Both the position numbers and the translations under genes were made by a program. The notes under the pieces are model-generated. The model saw only the letters and a list, made by a program, of their open reading frames with translations, was not told the DNA's origin and did no database searches. A DNA stretch of 64,000 nucleotides from Mobula hypostoma (lineage: Eukaryota), in assembly GCF_963921235.1 (NCBI RefSeq), contig NC_086097.1, positions 47,804,001 through 47,868,000 on the forward strand, written 5' to 3'. Shown piece by piece: positions 1-13,400 of the stretch; position 1 is the first letter of the stretch, and each line of letters begins with the position of its first letter.

Positions 1-445
1 ACTCCAGTTTCAGCATATCCTTTCGAAGATAAGAGGCCCAAAACTGCTCACAATACTCTGAGAGGCCTCACCAGTGCTTTATAAACTCACAACATTACAT
101 CTTTGCTTTTATATTCTAGTCCTCTTGAAATGAATACTCTCATCACATTTACTTTCCTCACCACAAACTCAGCCTGCATACTAACCCTTAAGGAATTCTT
201 CACAAGTTTTTCTGTGCCTCAGAATTTTGTATTTTCTCTCCATTTAGAAAACACACAATCTTTTCTTTTATCAAAGTGCATGACCCTACACTTCCTGCCA
301 CTTCTTTGCCCATTCTCCTAATCTAAGTCCTTCTGTACCCTCTCTACTTCCTCAAATCTACCTGCCTTTCCACCTATCTTGATACCGTCTGCAAACTTTA
401 CAACAAAGCCATCAATTCCATCATCCAAATCATTAACATAATGTA
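1..445 (-). mobile_element. CR1-type LINE fragment (RT C-terminal region)
   Basis: Reverse complement is CR1 ORF2-like and similar to other CR1 copies in the window. Confidence 0.75.
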
Positions 446-449
446 AACT

Positions 450-1210
450 TGAAATGCACTTTGATAGAAAAAATAAAGATGTAGACTATTTTCTAAACAG
501 GGAGCAAATTTAGAAATCAGCGATGCAAAGGGACTTGGGAGTCCTCATCCAGGATTCCCTAAAGGTTAACTTGCAGGTTGAGTCAGTGATAAGGAAGGAA
601 AATACAGTGTTAGCATTCATTTCGAGAGGACTAGAATATAATAGCAAGGATGTAATGCTGAGGCTTTATAAGGCATTGGTCAGACCAGACTTAGAATATT
701 GTGAACAGTTTTGGATCCCTTTAGTTAAGAAAGGATGCGCTGGCATTGAAGAGGGTCGAGAAGATTTTCACAGGAATAATCCCTGGAATGAAAATGTTAA
801 TGTATGAGGAGTGTTTGGTGGCTCTGTGCTGTACTGGAGTTTAGAAGAATGAATGAGAATCTCATTGAAACTTATTTAATATTGAAAACCCTAGATAGAG
901 TGGACCTGGAAAGGGTGTTTCCTATGGTGGGGAAGTCTAGTACCAGAGGGCACAGCCTCAGAATAGAGGGACGGCCCTTTATAACAGAAATTAGTAATTT
1001 CTTTAGCCAGAGGGTAGTGAATTTGTAGAATTCAATGCCACAAATTGCTGTGGAGGATGGGTTGATGGGTTCTTGATTAGTGAGGGCATCAAAGGTTATG
1101 GGGAGGAGTCAGGGGACTGGGGTTGACGGGTTATAAAATAGCCCTGATGGAATGGCAACGCCAACTCGATGGACTGAATGACATAGTTCTGCTCCTATGT
1201 CTTGTGTTCT
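450..1210 (+). mobile_element. CR1-type LINE 3' end
   Basis: ORFs 523..807 (QRDLGV...LYKALVRPDLEYC) and 804..1028 (TRGHSLRI...FFSQRVVNL); ends in GCTCCTATGTCTT tail. Confidence 0.85.
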
Positions 1211-1869
1211 ACCAACTTTTATACTCAGTACCCTGACTTGTGAATGCAAGTGTGCCAAAAAGCTGTCACACTCTGTCTGTCAGGGACTCCACGTAAAGGA
1301 AGCCATGTATTTGTATTCCAAGGTCTCTCTGACCTACAACACTCCCCTAAGCCTGCCATGCTACCAGGATTTGACCTTTCAAAGTGTAACACCTCACACT
1401 TAAACATGCTTCCAATATTTATTATGTGTATTAAGTGTTTGACCTTTTGAAAAGCAAATCTGGTTTTCTTTTTGGCCAAACTGCACTCAAATTTAATGTT
1501 TTCTCCATATTGGCTATGATAGATATGGAATTGGATGTTGGGTATATCTGAGAAAAATGCTAAAAAGGCAGCAAAGAAGGAATCCTGCTTTCAAGGAGAT
1601 TACTTATTTGAGGCAATGCAAATGTATCAGATTTAAGATCCATTCACTACAATTATTCTGATTTTACCATTAAGGGTAGTATTTATAATTAGAATGTTGA
1701 CCCATAAACTAAGTCATGAATTTAAAGCTGAAGCTATGCAGTGATCTTAAGTGCTGTATCCTTGGACTGAACACAAAATGTATCACTGTGGCATGAAAAG
1801 AAATTGCTATTAAAATTCCCCAAGAAAGTCTTGAAACTGATGCCCTGAATTTGAAGACTCTTCTAATTC

Positions 1870-2849
1870 AGGATCTCTTGTGCAGTTGGATCCTGGATTT
1901 CCTCACTTGTAGACCCCGTAGTTCAGATTGGCAAAAACATCTCCTCCACAGGGATGTGTGCTTAGCCTCCTTCTCTACTTGCTTTACACCTATGATTGTG
2001 TGACTAAGAACTGCTCCAACACCATATACAAGTTTTCTGATGACACTACTGTTACGGGCTGTATGAAAGGTGATGATGAATCAGCATACAGGAGGGAGAT
2101 TGAAAATTTGGCCAAGTGGTGTAATAACAACAACCTCTTACTCAGTGTCATTAAGACCAACAAACTGATTGTAGACTTCAGGAGTGGGAAACCAGAAGTC
2201 CATGAGCCAGTAATCATTGGAGGATCAGAGGTGGAGAAGGTCAGTAACTTTAAAATCCTAGGTGTCACTATCTCTGAGGACCTCTCCTGGACCCACCACA
2301 TAAGTATTGCAAAGAAAGGACGACAACACCTGTACTACTTCAGGAGTCTGTGGTGGTTTGCATGTCATCAAAAACCTTAGCAAACTTCTATAGATGTGTG
2401 GTGGAAAGTGTGCTGACTTGACTGGATTATGGCCTGGTATGGGAACACCAATGCCTTTGAGCAGAAAATCCTACAAAAGGTAGTGGATTTGGCCCAATGC
2501 ATCATGAGTAAAACCCTCCCAACCATTGAGCACATCTACATGAAACATTGCTGTAGAAAAGCAGCATACATATCAAAGATGATCTTTTTGTGCTGTACCA
2601 TCAAGTAAAAGGTACAAGTGCCTCAGGACTCGCACCACCAAGTTCAAGAACAGTTACTACCCCTCAACCATCAGGCTCTTGAGCAAAAGGAGATAATTAT
2701 ACCCATTCTTTTGGTATTCCCACAACCGAGCATCTCACTTTAAGGACTCTATTTCGTGCTTGTTGTTTATTGCTATTTATATTTACATTTGCACAGTTTG
2801 TCCTTTGATTCTGTTTACAGTTACTGTTCTATAGATTTGCTAAGTATTC
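1870..2849 (+). mobile_element. Rex1/Babar LINE 3' fragment; its tail resumes at about 5423-5510
   Basis: ORF 1928..2380 PQGCVLS...IYKFSDDTT; tail sequence is split by the next element. Confidence 0.8.
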
Positions 2850-5422
2850 GTAGTCATAGTCATACTTTATTGATCCCGGGGGAAATTGGTTTTTGTTACA
2901 GTTGCACCGTAAATAGTAATAGAACCATAGTAGTTAAATAGTAATATGTAAATTATGCCAGTAAATTATGAAATAAGTCCAGGACCAGCCTATTGGCTTA
3001 GGGTGTCTGATCCTCCAAGGGAGGAGTTGTAAAGTTTGATGGTCACAGGCAGGAATGACTTCCTATGACGCTCTGTGCTGCATCTCGGTGGAATGAGTCT
3101 CTGGCTGAATGTACTCCTGTGTCCACCCAGTACATTATGTAGTGGATGGGAGACATTGACCAAGATGGCATGCAACTTGGACAGCATTCTCTTTTCAGAC
3201 ACCACCGTGAGAGAGTCCAGTTCCATCCCCACAACATCACTGGCCTTCCGAATGAGTTTGTTGATTCTGTTGGTGTCTGCTACCTTCAGCCTGCTGCACC
3301 AGCACACAACAGCAAACATGATAGCACTGGCCACCACAGACTCATAGAACATCCTCAGCATCGTCCGACAGATGTTAAAGGACCTCAGTCTCCTCAGGAA
3401 ATAGAGACGGCTCTGACCCTTCTTGTAGACAGCCTCAGTGTTCTTTGACCAGTTTTTGTCAATTTGTATCCCCAGGTATTTATAATCCTCCACCATGTCC
3501 ACACTGACCCCCTGGATGGAAACAGGGGTCACTGGTGCCTTAGCTCTCCTCAGGTCTACTACCAGCTCCTTAGTCTTTTTCACATTAAGCTGCAGATAAT
3601 TCTGCTCACACCATGTGACAAAGTTTCCTACCGTAGCCCTGTACTCGGCCTCATCTCCCCTGCTGATGCATCCAACTATGGCAGAGTCATCAGAAAACTT
3701 CTGAAGATGACAAGACTCTGTGCAGTAGTTGAAGTCCGAGGTGTAAATGGTGAAGAGAAAGGGAGACAAAACAGTCCCCTGTGGAGCCCCAGTGCTGCTG
3801 ATCACTCTGTCGGACACACAGTGTTGCAAGCACACATACTGTGGTCTGCCAGTCAGGTAATCAAGAATCCATGATACCAGGGAAGCATCCACCCGCATTG
3901 CTGTCAGCTTCTCCCCCAGCAGAGCAGGGCAGATGGTGTTGAATGCACTGGAGAAGTCAAAAAACATGACCCTCACAGTGCTCGCTGGCTTGTCCAGGTG
4001 GACATAGTTCAGCAGGTAGACGATGGCATCCTCAACTCCTAGTCGGGACTGATAGGCGAACTGGAGGGGATCTGAGTGTGGCCTGACCATAGGCCGGAGC
4101 AGCTCCAGAACAAGTCTCTCCAGGGTCTTCATGATGTGGGAGGTCAATGCCACTGGTCTGTAGTCATTGAGGCCGCTGGGGCGCGGTGTCTTGGCAGGAC
4201 GTCTTGCACAGTACAGGAACCCTCCAGAGCCTCAGGCTCAGGTTGAATACATGGCGAAGTACTCCACATAGCTGAGGGGCACAGGCTTTGAGCACCCTGG
4301 TACTGACACCATCCGGTCCTGCAGCCTTGCTTGGGTTGAGACGTTTCAGCTGTCTTCTCACCTGTTCAGCTGTGAAGCCCACCATGGTGGTTTCGTGTGG
4401 GGAAGGGGTATAGTCATGAGAGCATGGTGGGGGACTGTGAGGAGGGGAGAGTGGAATATGTTGGTTGGGGGCTGACAACAGATGACTCGTGGGGGATGGG
4501 CAGGGGCCACAATGTCAAATCTGTTAAAGAACAGGTTAAGTTCATTGGCCCTGTCCACACTGCCTTCAGCTCCTCTGCTGCTAGTTTGCCGGAACCCATT
4601 GATGGTCCTCATCCCCCTCCAGACTTCTCTCGTGTTCTGCTGGAGTTTCCACTCAAACTTCCTCCTGTACCTGTCTTTAGCCTCCCTGATCCTGGCTTTC
4701 AGGTCCCTCTGTACTGCCCTCAGCTCCTCCCTATTTCCATCTCTAAATGCCCTCTTACTAGTGTTCAGGATGTCCTTAATGTCCTTTGTCACCCGTGGCT
4801 TGTTATTTGAATAACAAAGGACAGTTCTTGTTGGAACATTGCAGTCCACACAGAAGTTGATGTAATCAGTGATGCACTCTGTGAGCCCATCAATATCCTC
4901 TCCATGTGGCTCACAGAGCGCCTGCCAGTCTGTCACCTCGAAACAACTCTGGAGCGCCTCATAAACCTCCTCCGACCATTTTCTCACTGTCCTTGAGGTT
5001 GCAGGATTACTCTTCACCAGAGGCATGTAGCAGGGTTTTAGATGCACCAGGTTGTGATCTGACCTTCCCAGTGGGGGGGAGGGGAGAGGAGCTGTATGCA
5101 TCCTTAACGTTAGCGCACATCAAATCCAGAGTCCTCTCCCCTCTGGTTGTACAGCTCACATACTGCTTGAAGTTGGGCCGTGTTCTAGCCATGGTAACCT
5201 GGTTGAAGTCACCCAAGATAGTAATGAGGGCACTCGGGTGCTGGATTTGTAATCTGGCTATGACGGTGTAAGTGATGTTACACGCCGACGCTGGGTTGGC
5301 AGAGGGAGGGATGTACACAACAACCACAGTTGCATGCGAGATTTCCCTTGGCAAATAATATGGCCGGAGTCCAACAGCAAGAAGTTCAATATCCAGGCTA
5401 CAGACATGTTCCTTGATCGTAA
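2850..5422 (-). mobile_element. Relatively young 5'-truncated Rex1/Babar LINE (APE part plus RT)
   Basis: ORFs 5007..5354 (VYIPP, LGDFN), 4358..5101, 4164..4478 and 2990..4153 (FDFSSAFN, PQGTVLSP, FSDD); (TATGAC)n tail; TATTC on both flanks. Confidence 0.9.
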
Positions 5423-5724
5423 TATTCCTGCAGAAAAATAATTTCAGGGTTGTATGCAGTGATATATATGTACTCAGATTATAAATTTTAGTCAGAATTT
5501 TGAACTTTAATTAGGACGACAGACTATTTACTCAGGAATGTTCTTTCAGATATTGTTATAGAGGCATGACCAAATGAGTTCAATTTGGTAGTTTGGAAAA
5601 GTGGAAAATTATGAGGCGACTGAATGAAACTTTCAGAGCTGAATGCTACTCCTCCCTCTTTCTTGTACATTGATGTAACTTAAATTCCTGCATTTTTTTC
5701 TTAAGTTGTTTCTGTGCATTTTAG

Positions 5725-5841
5725 GTGGCACAATTGTATGAGGAGTTGAAAGAAAGGGTACAGCGTTTTAATATGTATGTTGATCAACCCCGTGGAAGTA
5801 CTAATGAAGAGTGTGCACACAAGCAGAGGTTTATTTTGCAG
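5725..5841 (+). CDS. TDRD9: TDRD9 coding exon (window exon 1), VAQLYEELKERVQRFNMYVDQ...KQRFILQ
   Basis: tttag|GTG acceptor, CAG|gtacat donor; 117 nt, phase 0-0; resembles vertebrate TDRD9 VAELYEELK...KQRFILQ. Confidence 0.93.
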
Positions 5842-6173
5842 GTACATATTGAAAATATGTCTATGCACAAAATATTTTTCAGTTTAGCACCTTGTTTACA
5901 AATTAGGAAATTTAGAGCACAGTTTATATCATTAAGTGTGTCACTGCACTCTGACTTGCCACCCTTTGCACTTTCTGGCTTCTTTACATCATTGAGAAGC
6001 ACAAAAGATTCAAGGCATGGCAGATATTTCTGTGTAGATCAAGTCGAATTTTCTGTTTTTGTTAAGTATACTTTTATGTAGCTGTTTTTACCTGTCTGTG
6101 CAACAATGCTAACTGTCTTTCATGAAATTTGGGTTAAGCTGTATTTACTTTGGCAATATTATTATTTCCACAG

Positions 6174-6281
6174 GTTGTGCTGGCTGGGGCTTTTTACCCC
6201 AACTATTTCACATTTGGCCCAGTGTCTGAAGAAGTTGCTGTGAAAGACATAGCTGGAAAAGATTCAAAAACTACAGTAGTG
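6174..6281 (+). CDS. TDRD9: TDRD9 coding exon 2, VVLAGAFYPNYFTFGPVSEEVAVKDIAGKDSKTTVV
   Basis: cacag|GTT, GTG|gtatgt; 108 nt; VVLAGAFYPNYF motif typical of TDRD9/Spindle-E. Confidence 0.95.
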
Positions 6282-7374
6282 GTATGTAGCTGTATAATTG
6301 AAATAAGAATATCAGAACCTGTCTATTTTACAACTTTAGAGTGAGCAGTTGGGTTAAAAGAACCAGTTATAACCAGAAATGGAAAAGTAAAGGGCAACAG
6401 ATGATAAAAATCTGAAATAAAACCAGATATTAAGAGAAATAATCAGTGGACAAGGAGCATCTTTGGGCACGGAAACAGTTAACATTTCAAGTTGCTGACT
6501 ATTCATCAGAGCTGATAGAGAGTCATTGACTTGGTAATACCACTTTCTCTCTTTACAAATGCTGATTGACCTGTTGAGTGTTTCTTGTGTTTGCTTTTAT
6601 TTCAGAGTTAGCAACATGTCTTTTACAATGCAATAAATTTGAATTTCTTTGGTGGAAGGATGTAATTAAGAATTCACAGGGTGATGCACTAATAAAGCGT
6701 GCTGCTTTCATTGTTTGACTTTAGAATGCAGTGTTGGTGCTTACTGGAATTACCATCATTCGAATTTTCCTGAGAATACTAATGGAACCTGCAGATATGG
6801 CATTTAAACACTAATTATATTCAATTATCGTGAAGAAGTACAGACCCCACTCATCTGTTTCATCAAATGCATTGATTTTTTGATTGATCCACAGAAGCAC
6901 ATGTCAGATTGTTGAGGGCATGACACCTATTGGAGGGCATTATGTCAAACATGATCTATTAAAATATCATGCAGACTCTCTGAGGGTTGCGAGGAGACAA
7001 TTTAAGCAATAATCATCCCAGGATGATTTTTCAAGCAGCATCTCCAACTTTTGACTACAACTCTGAAACCAAGGTCACATCTTGTGTTAAATTTAGCGAA
7101 ATATCTGATTCTGACTACCACTGATGCTCTTTAGTATCTAAACCATTTGAGTAATGTTGCCTTGCCAAGATGAGAACACCCCTTACCCATCTTGTGGACA
7201 ATGCTAACATACCCATATATTCTTTGGTCGAGCTAATTAGTTTTATAAGCTGTTATAAATGAGTAAAATATACCAAAGCATCCAGGTCTGGTTTGTATCA
7301 TTTAATGAAATACTTTTTGAATTGAGTCACTGAGCTCAATTGTGAAACTGTATTTTGGTTCACATTTGCTATAG

Positions 7375-7475
7375 GTGAGGAATGTGCCACCTTATGGGTT
7401 CCTGTACTATAAACAGCTTCATTCCCTGTTCAGGCAGTGTGGGCAAGTCAGAACTATTTCATTTGATGGATCTAA
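7375..7475 (+). CDS. TDRD9: TDRD9 coding exon 3, VRNVPPYGFLYYKQLHSLFRQCGQVRTISFDGS(K)
   Basis: atag|GTG, AA|gtaagt; 101 nt; PPYGFLYYKQL..LFRQCGQV motif. Confidence 0.95.
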
Positions 7476-7629
7476 GTAAGTTGCTTTTGTTATGTTGAAA
7501 CATTAACATAAACTTCATACCTCAATACTTTTCCTCGGTGATTTCTAAATTCCATTTTAATTATCTCAATGTACAGAATATTTCCATTCGTAAAGTCCTA
7601 ACCCTTAACAAAATACTTCTCAAAAACAG

Positions 7630-7803
7630 GGGCTTTGTTGAATTTGTGCAAAATCCAATAAAGAGAACTGAGATTCATCCTGCAGTGTACATGGCATTGA
7701 AGATGGTCCAGCATCGTATTCCGCTGCAGTTGAATATTCATCCTGTGGAAGAGATTGAACAGTTGACTCAAAGACTTAATAGTACAAACTTGCAAAATCC
7801 AAG
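7630..7803 (+). CDS. TDRD9: TDRD9 coding exon 4, GFVEFVQNP...HPAVYMALKM...NLQNP(R)
   Basis: acag|G, AG|gtaata; 174 nt, phase 2-2 fits neighbours; PAVYMAxKM motif. Confidence 0.92.
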
Positions 7804-8324
7804 GTAATATCTTATTGTGTTAAAGGTACGAAGATGCATTTTATTGTCAAAGTACGCATGTACAATACATACATGCATACAAGACATACTGATATTTGTC
7901 TTCTCCAGACAGCTGTGAAATACACACGAAAAGAAAAGAAACAAAATTCACAGACCCCTGAATCCCGCAGCCCCTCCCTGCAGTAAAAAAAACTGACAAT
8001 AGCAATAAATCTCTATTTGCTCCCACAGAAAAAATGACAACACCAATTCCTGACCATCTCACTCGCAGAAAAAAAAATAGCAACACATCCCCAATCCCTA
8101 CCCCACAGGATAAAAATATCAACAATAACAATCTATTCTTGAATCGTTATGTGTGCCGTCGGGCTTATGTATCTTCAGCCTGATGGTAGCAATGAGAAAA
8201 GGGCATGTCCTGAGTGATGGGATTCATTTATGAAGAATGGTCCCTTTTTGAGGCATCGCTCCTTGAAGATGTCTGGGTTGCTGGGGAGGGCAGTGCCCAT
8301 GATAGAGCTGATTGAGTTTTAATA

Positions 8325-9985
8325 GACAATAGGTGCCAAGAGTAGGCCATTCAGCCCTTCGAACCAGCACTGTCATTCACTGTGATCATGGCTCATTATC
8401 CACAATCAGTACCCTTTTCCTGCCTTCTCCCCATATCCCTTGACTCCGCTATCTTTAAGAGCTCTATCTAACTCTTTCTTGAAAGAATCCAGAGAATTGG
8501 CCTCCACTGCCTTCTGAGACCGAGCATTCCACAGAACCCTGTGTGTGAAAAAGTTTTTCCTCAACTCCATTCTAAATTGTCTACCCCTTATTCTTAAACT
8601 GTGGCCTCTGGTTCTGGACTCCCCCAACATCGGGAACATGTTTCCTGCCTTTAACGTGTCCAATCCCTTAATAATCTTATATGTTTCAATCAGATCCTCT
8701 CTCAGCCTTCTAAATTCCAGTGTATACAAGCCTAGTCAGCTCCAATCTTTCAACATATGACAGTCCCGCCATCCCGGGAATTAACCTCGTGAACCTACGC
8801 TGCACTCCCTCAATAGCTAGAATGTCCTTTCTCAAATTCGGAGACCAAAACTGTACACAATACTCCAGGTGTGGTCTCACCAGGGCCCTGTACAACTGCA
8901 GAAGGACTTCTTTGCTGCTATACTCAACTCCCCTTGTTATGAAGGCCAACATGCCATTAGTTTTCTTCACTGCCTGCTGTACCTGCATGCTTACTTTCAG
9001 CAACTGATGAAAAAGGATACCTAGATCTCGTTGTACTTCCCCTTTTCCTAACTTGACACCATTCAGATAGTAATTTGCCTTCCTGTTCTTGCCACCAAAG
9101 TGGATAATCTCACACTTATCCACATTAAATTGCATCTGCCCACTCACCCAGCCTGTCCAAGTCACCTTGCATTTTCATAACATCCTCCTCCCATTTTACA
9201 CTGCCACCCAACTTTGTGTCATCTGCAAATTTGCTAATGTTACTTTTAATTCCCTCATCTAAATCATTAATATATATTGTAAACAACTGCGGTCCCAGCA
9301 CCAAGCCTTGCGGTACCCCACTAGTCACTGCCTGCCATTCTGAAAAGGACCCATTAATCCCTACTCTGTTTCCTGTCTGCCAACCAATTTTCTAACTATG
9401 TCAGTACCCTACCCCCAGTACCATTTGCTCTAATTTTACTCTCTAACCTCCTATGTGGGACCTTATCAAAAGCTTTCTGATAGTCCAGGTGCACTACATC
9501 CACTGGCTTTCCCATGTCCATTTTCATAGTTACATTCTCAAAAAATTCCAGAAGATTAGTCGAGCATGATTTCCCCTTCGTAAATCCATGCTGACTCAGA
9601 CCTATCCTGCTACTGCTATCCAAATATGCCGCTATTACATCTTTTATAATTGATTCCAGCATTTTCCCCACCACTGATGTCAGACTAACTGGTTTGTAAT
9701 TGCTTGTTTTCTCTCTCCTTCCTTTCTTAAAAAGTGGGATAACATTAGCTACCCTCCAATCCGCAGGAACTGATCCTGAATCTATAGAACATTGGAAAAT
9801 GATTACCAATGCGTCCACGATTTCTAGAGCTACCTCTTTAAGTACCCTGGGATGCAGACCATCAGGCCCTGGGGATTTATCAGCCTTCAGTCCCATCAGT
9901 TTACGCAACACCATTTTCTGCCTGATGCAAATTTCCTTCAGTTCCTCTGTTACCCTAGGTCCTCTGGCCACTATTACATAACTAT
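8325..9985 (-). mobile_element. CR1 LINE 3' part, nested in a Rex fragment (about 8140-8320 and 9985-10140)
   Basis: ORFs 9396..10166 (KSPGPDG, LDYQKAFD), 9125..9328 (PQG, FADD), 8710..9165, 8406..8729. Confidence 0.9.
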
Positions 9986-10419
9986 TTAACATGTATTTCA
10001 CAATTTTCTGCAGCTTATTTTGATCCTGTGCAATGCCTCTCCTCTCCACCCCCCTCCCCACCCCCCACCAACTGTACCAGGTGTTAATGCAACAAGTTAG
10101 AATGCTCTCCACGGTACATTTGTAAAAATTTGTGGGATAAGTTGCAATGTAAAAGGGGGACGACATCGAAAAGGGGGATCAAAACAGGATTGAAGGTGTT
10201 ATATTTGAATGCATGCATATACTTGATGAACTTGTAGCAGAGTTAGAGACTGGCATGTATGATGTTGTGAGCATCACTGAATCGTGGCTGAAAGAAGATT
10301 ATAGGTGGGAGCTCAACATCCAAGGATACACTTTGTATCGAAAGGACAGGCAGAGGGGGTGGGGTACAATTTATCCCGTTGACTGCAGTTTTGCCCTATC
10401 ATTAGCCTTTCCTTGCTAG

Positions 10420-13400
10420 CAGTCTTAGCAACCTTTTTGCCCTGTAGGAACATTTGAAATAATTTTCAGGTCTCAGGGAACCTCTGCATAAAAATTATTT
10501 TATCTACAGCTCATGATACATTACGTGGTCAGTAAGTTGTAGATATAAAAATCCAAAAATAATTGTCAATGAGTAGAGAATACACTTTTAGCTAACCTTG
10601 AAAGAAAAAGGGTTAAGCTCAGCTTGCCTTTCTTGAAATTAATCTTTCTTTCCTTTTCATAAATTTTAAAAACTCATGAGGCAAACATTATAAACTACTT
10701 AATTCTGGGTCAAACTTGAGATAAGCACACAGATTTCACCTTCATCTGAAATAAGACAACTTCTATCCTTGCTCTTGATGCTTGTTAAACAAGAAAAAAA
10801 GGCTGGTCACGCATGTAAGAAGTTGAAAACTGCAGCAAAATGTTCATTGCTTTCCTATGAATGACAGGATACTCTGCTTTCACAGAAATCCAGAACTTGT
10901 CCAGGGCAGGTCAGTAAATCTCATCAGTGCATGATCAGAGTGCAGCTCACAAAGTTCTTCCACTTCTCTCAAAGTCAAGTTATTCCCCCTTCTCTCAAAG
11001 TCAAGTTCTCAGAAGATTCAGAGAAAGGGTCTTTCACCCAGTCATACATAGAGGAAAAGTACTGTTCAATTTTGTTCTGTGGTTCTTCCAGGTGGTTTTC
11101 AAAAAGACTCAAGACTTTCTGATATCCTTCCTCACTGTCAAGCCCAGGCAGCAGTGGAAACATTTGAAGATTTTCTTTTGCAACGTGATTTTCCAAAGAT
11201 TCTGATTCCTTTTAAATTCATGGATCAGAATCAGGTTTATTATCACTGGCATTTGACATGAAATTTGTTAACTTAGCAGCAGCAGTTCACTGCAATACAT
11301 AACCTAGAAGAGAGAGAAAAAAAATAAAAGTAATAATAATAAACAAGTAATTCAATACAGTGTACATTAAATAGATTAAAAGTAAGTGCAAAAAACAGAA
11401 ATATTGTATATTTTTTAAAAATGAGGTAGTGTCCAAGGGTTCAATGTCCATTTAGGAATCGAAGGCAGAGGGGAAGAAGCTGTTCCTGAATCACTGAATG
11501 TGTGCTTTCAGGCTTCTGTACCTCCTACCTGATGGTAACAGTGAGAAAAGGGCATGCCCTGGGTGCTGGAGGTCCATAATAATGCATGCTGCCTTTCTGA
11601 AACACCGCTCCCTGAAGATGTCCTGGGTACTTTGTAGGCTGGTACCCAAGATCGAGCTGACTAGATTTACAACCTTCTACAGCTTCTGGTCCTGTGCAGT
11701 AGCTTCCCCCCCCCACCTGCCCATACCAGACAGTGATGCAGCCCGTCAGAATGCTCTCCCTGGTACATTTATAGAAGTTTTTGAGTATATTTGTTGACAT
11801 GCCAAATCTCTTCAAACTCCTAATGAAGTATAGTCACTGTTTTGCCTTCTTTATAACTATATCTATATGTTGGGGCCAGGTTAGATCCTCAGAGATCTTG
11901 ACACCCAGGAACTTGAAACTGCTCACTCTCTCCACTTATGATCCCTCTATGAGGATTGGTATGTGCTCCTTCATCTTACCCTTCCTGAAGTCCACAATCA
12001 GCTCTTCCATCTTACTGACATTGAATGCCAGGTTTTTGCTGCGACACCACTCCATTAGTTGGTATATCTCACTCCTGTACGCCCTCTTGTCGCCACCTGA
12101 GATTCTACCAACAATGGTTGTATCGTCAGCAAATTTATAGATGATATTTGAGCTATGCCTAGCCACACAGTCATATGTATATAGAGAGTAGATCAGTGGG
12201 CTAAGCACGCATCCCTGAGGTGCACCAGTGTTGATCGTCAGCGAGGAAGATATGGTATCACAAATCCGCACAGATTGTGGTCTTCCGGTTAGGAAGTTGA
12301 GGATCCAGTTGCTGAGGGAAGTACAGAGGCCCAGGTTTTGCAACTTCTCAATCAGGATTGTGGGAATGATGGTATTAAATGCTGAGCTATAGTCAATGAA
12401 CAGCATCCTGACATAGGTGTTTGTGTTGTCCAGATAGTTTAAAGCCGTGTGGAGAGCCATTGAGATTGCGTCTGCCGTTGACCTACTGTGGCGATAGGCA
12501 AATTGCAATGGATCCAGGTCCTTGCTGAGGCAGAAGTTCAGTCTAGTCATGACCAACCTCTCAAAGCATTTCATCACTGTAGATGTGTGTGCTACTGGGC
12601 AATAGTCATTAAGGGAGCCCACATTATTCTTCTTAAGCACTGGTATAATTGTTACCTTTCTGAAGCAAGTGGGAACTTCCGCCCATAGCAGTGAGAGGTT
12701 GAAAATGTCCTTGAATACCCCCACTAGTTGGTTGGCACATCTTTTCAGAGCCTTACCAGGTACTCCATCGGGACTTTCTGCCTTGCAAGTGTTCACTCTC
12801 TTTAAAGGCAGCCTAACATTGGCCTCTGAGATGAAGATCACAGAGTCATTGGGTACAGTAGGGATCTTCACAGTTGTAGTTGTGTTCTCCCTTTCAAAGT
12901 GGGCATAGAAGGTGTTGAGTTCATCTGGTCGTGAAGCAATGGTCCAGTGTGTCACTTCCTCTGATATTGCAAATGATCCGTTGATGGTAGTTGCTTAGCG
13001 ATTTTTTTTTTTCCCGACTGGTCTGGTTAAAATCTCCCAAAATGATTGTGAAGGCATTAGGATGCGCTGTTTTGTGCATGTTGATCCCATTGCTCAGATC
13101 ATCTAAAGCTTGCTTGACGTTGGCCCGAGGTGGAATGTAAACTGCTACCAAAATGACCCTAGAGAACTCCTGTAGTAGGTAAAAAGGACGGTACTTAACT
13201 GCTAGATGTTCCAGGTTTGGTGAGCAGAATTGGGACAGCACTGATATGTTTGTGCACCAAGGAAGTCGAAACATTTTCTCCAGTGCCTTGCAGAGACTTG
13301 TTCAACTGATTCATATGATGAAAAATGTCTGTTAAGTAGGTTAATTTCTGTAACCATTCTTCATCTTCAAAGCACTCATAAAAATCAGGCTTACTATTTT

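Noticed and set aside
1..1210. Twin-priming inversion of a single CR1
   Set aside because: The two opposed fragments cover overlapping parts of the consensus and differ in sequence, so two separate copies are more likely.
2990..4153. 387-aa reverse transcriptase as a retron, DGR or other novel RT system
   Set aside because: Motifs, upstream APE fragments and tail identify an ordinary Rex1/Babar LINE in a vertebrate intron.
7597..7629. U12-like branch sequence CCTTAAC and a purine-rich acceptor before exon 4
   Set aside because: The donor of this intron is a canonical U2 GTAAGT, not RTATCCTT, so a minor-spliceosome intron is unsupported.
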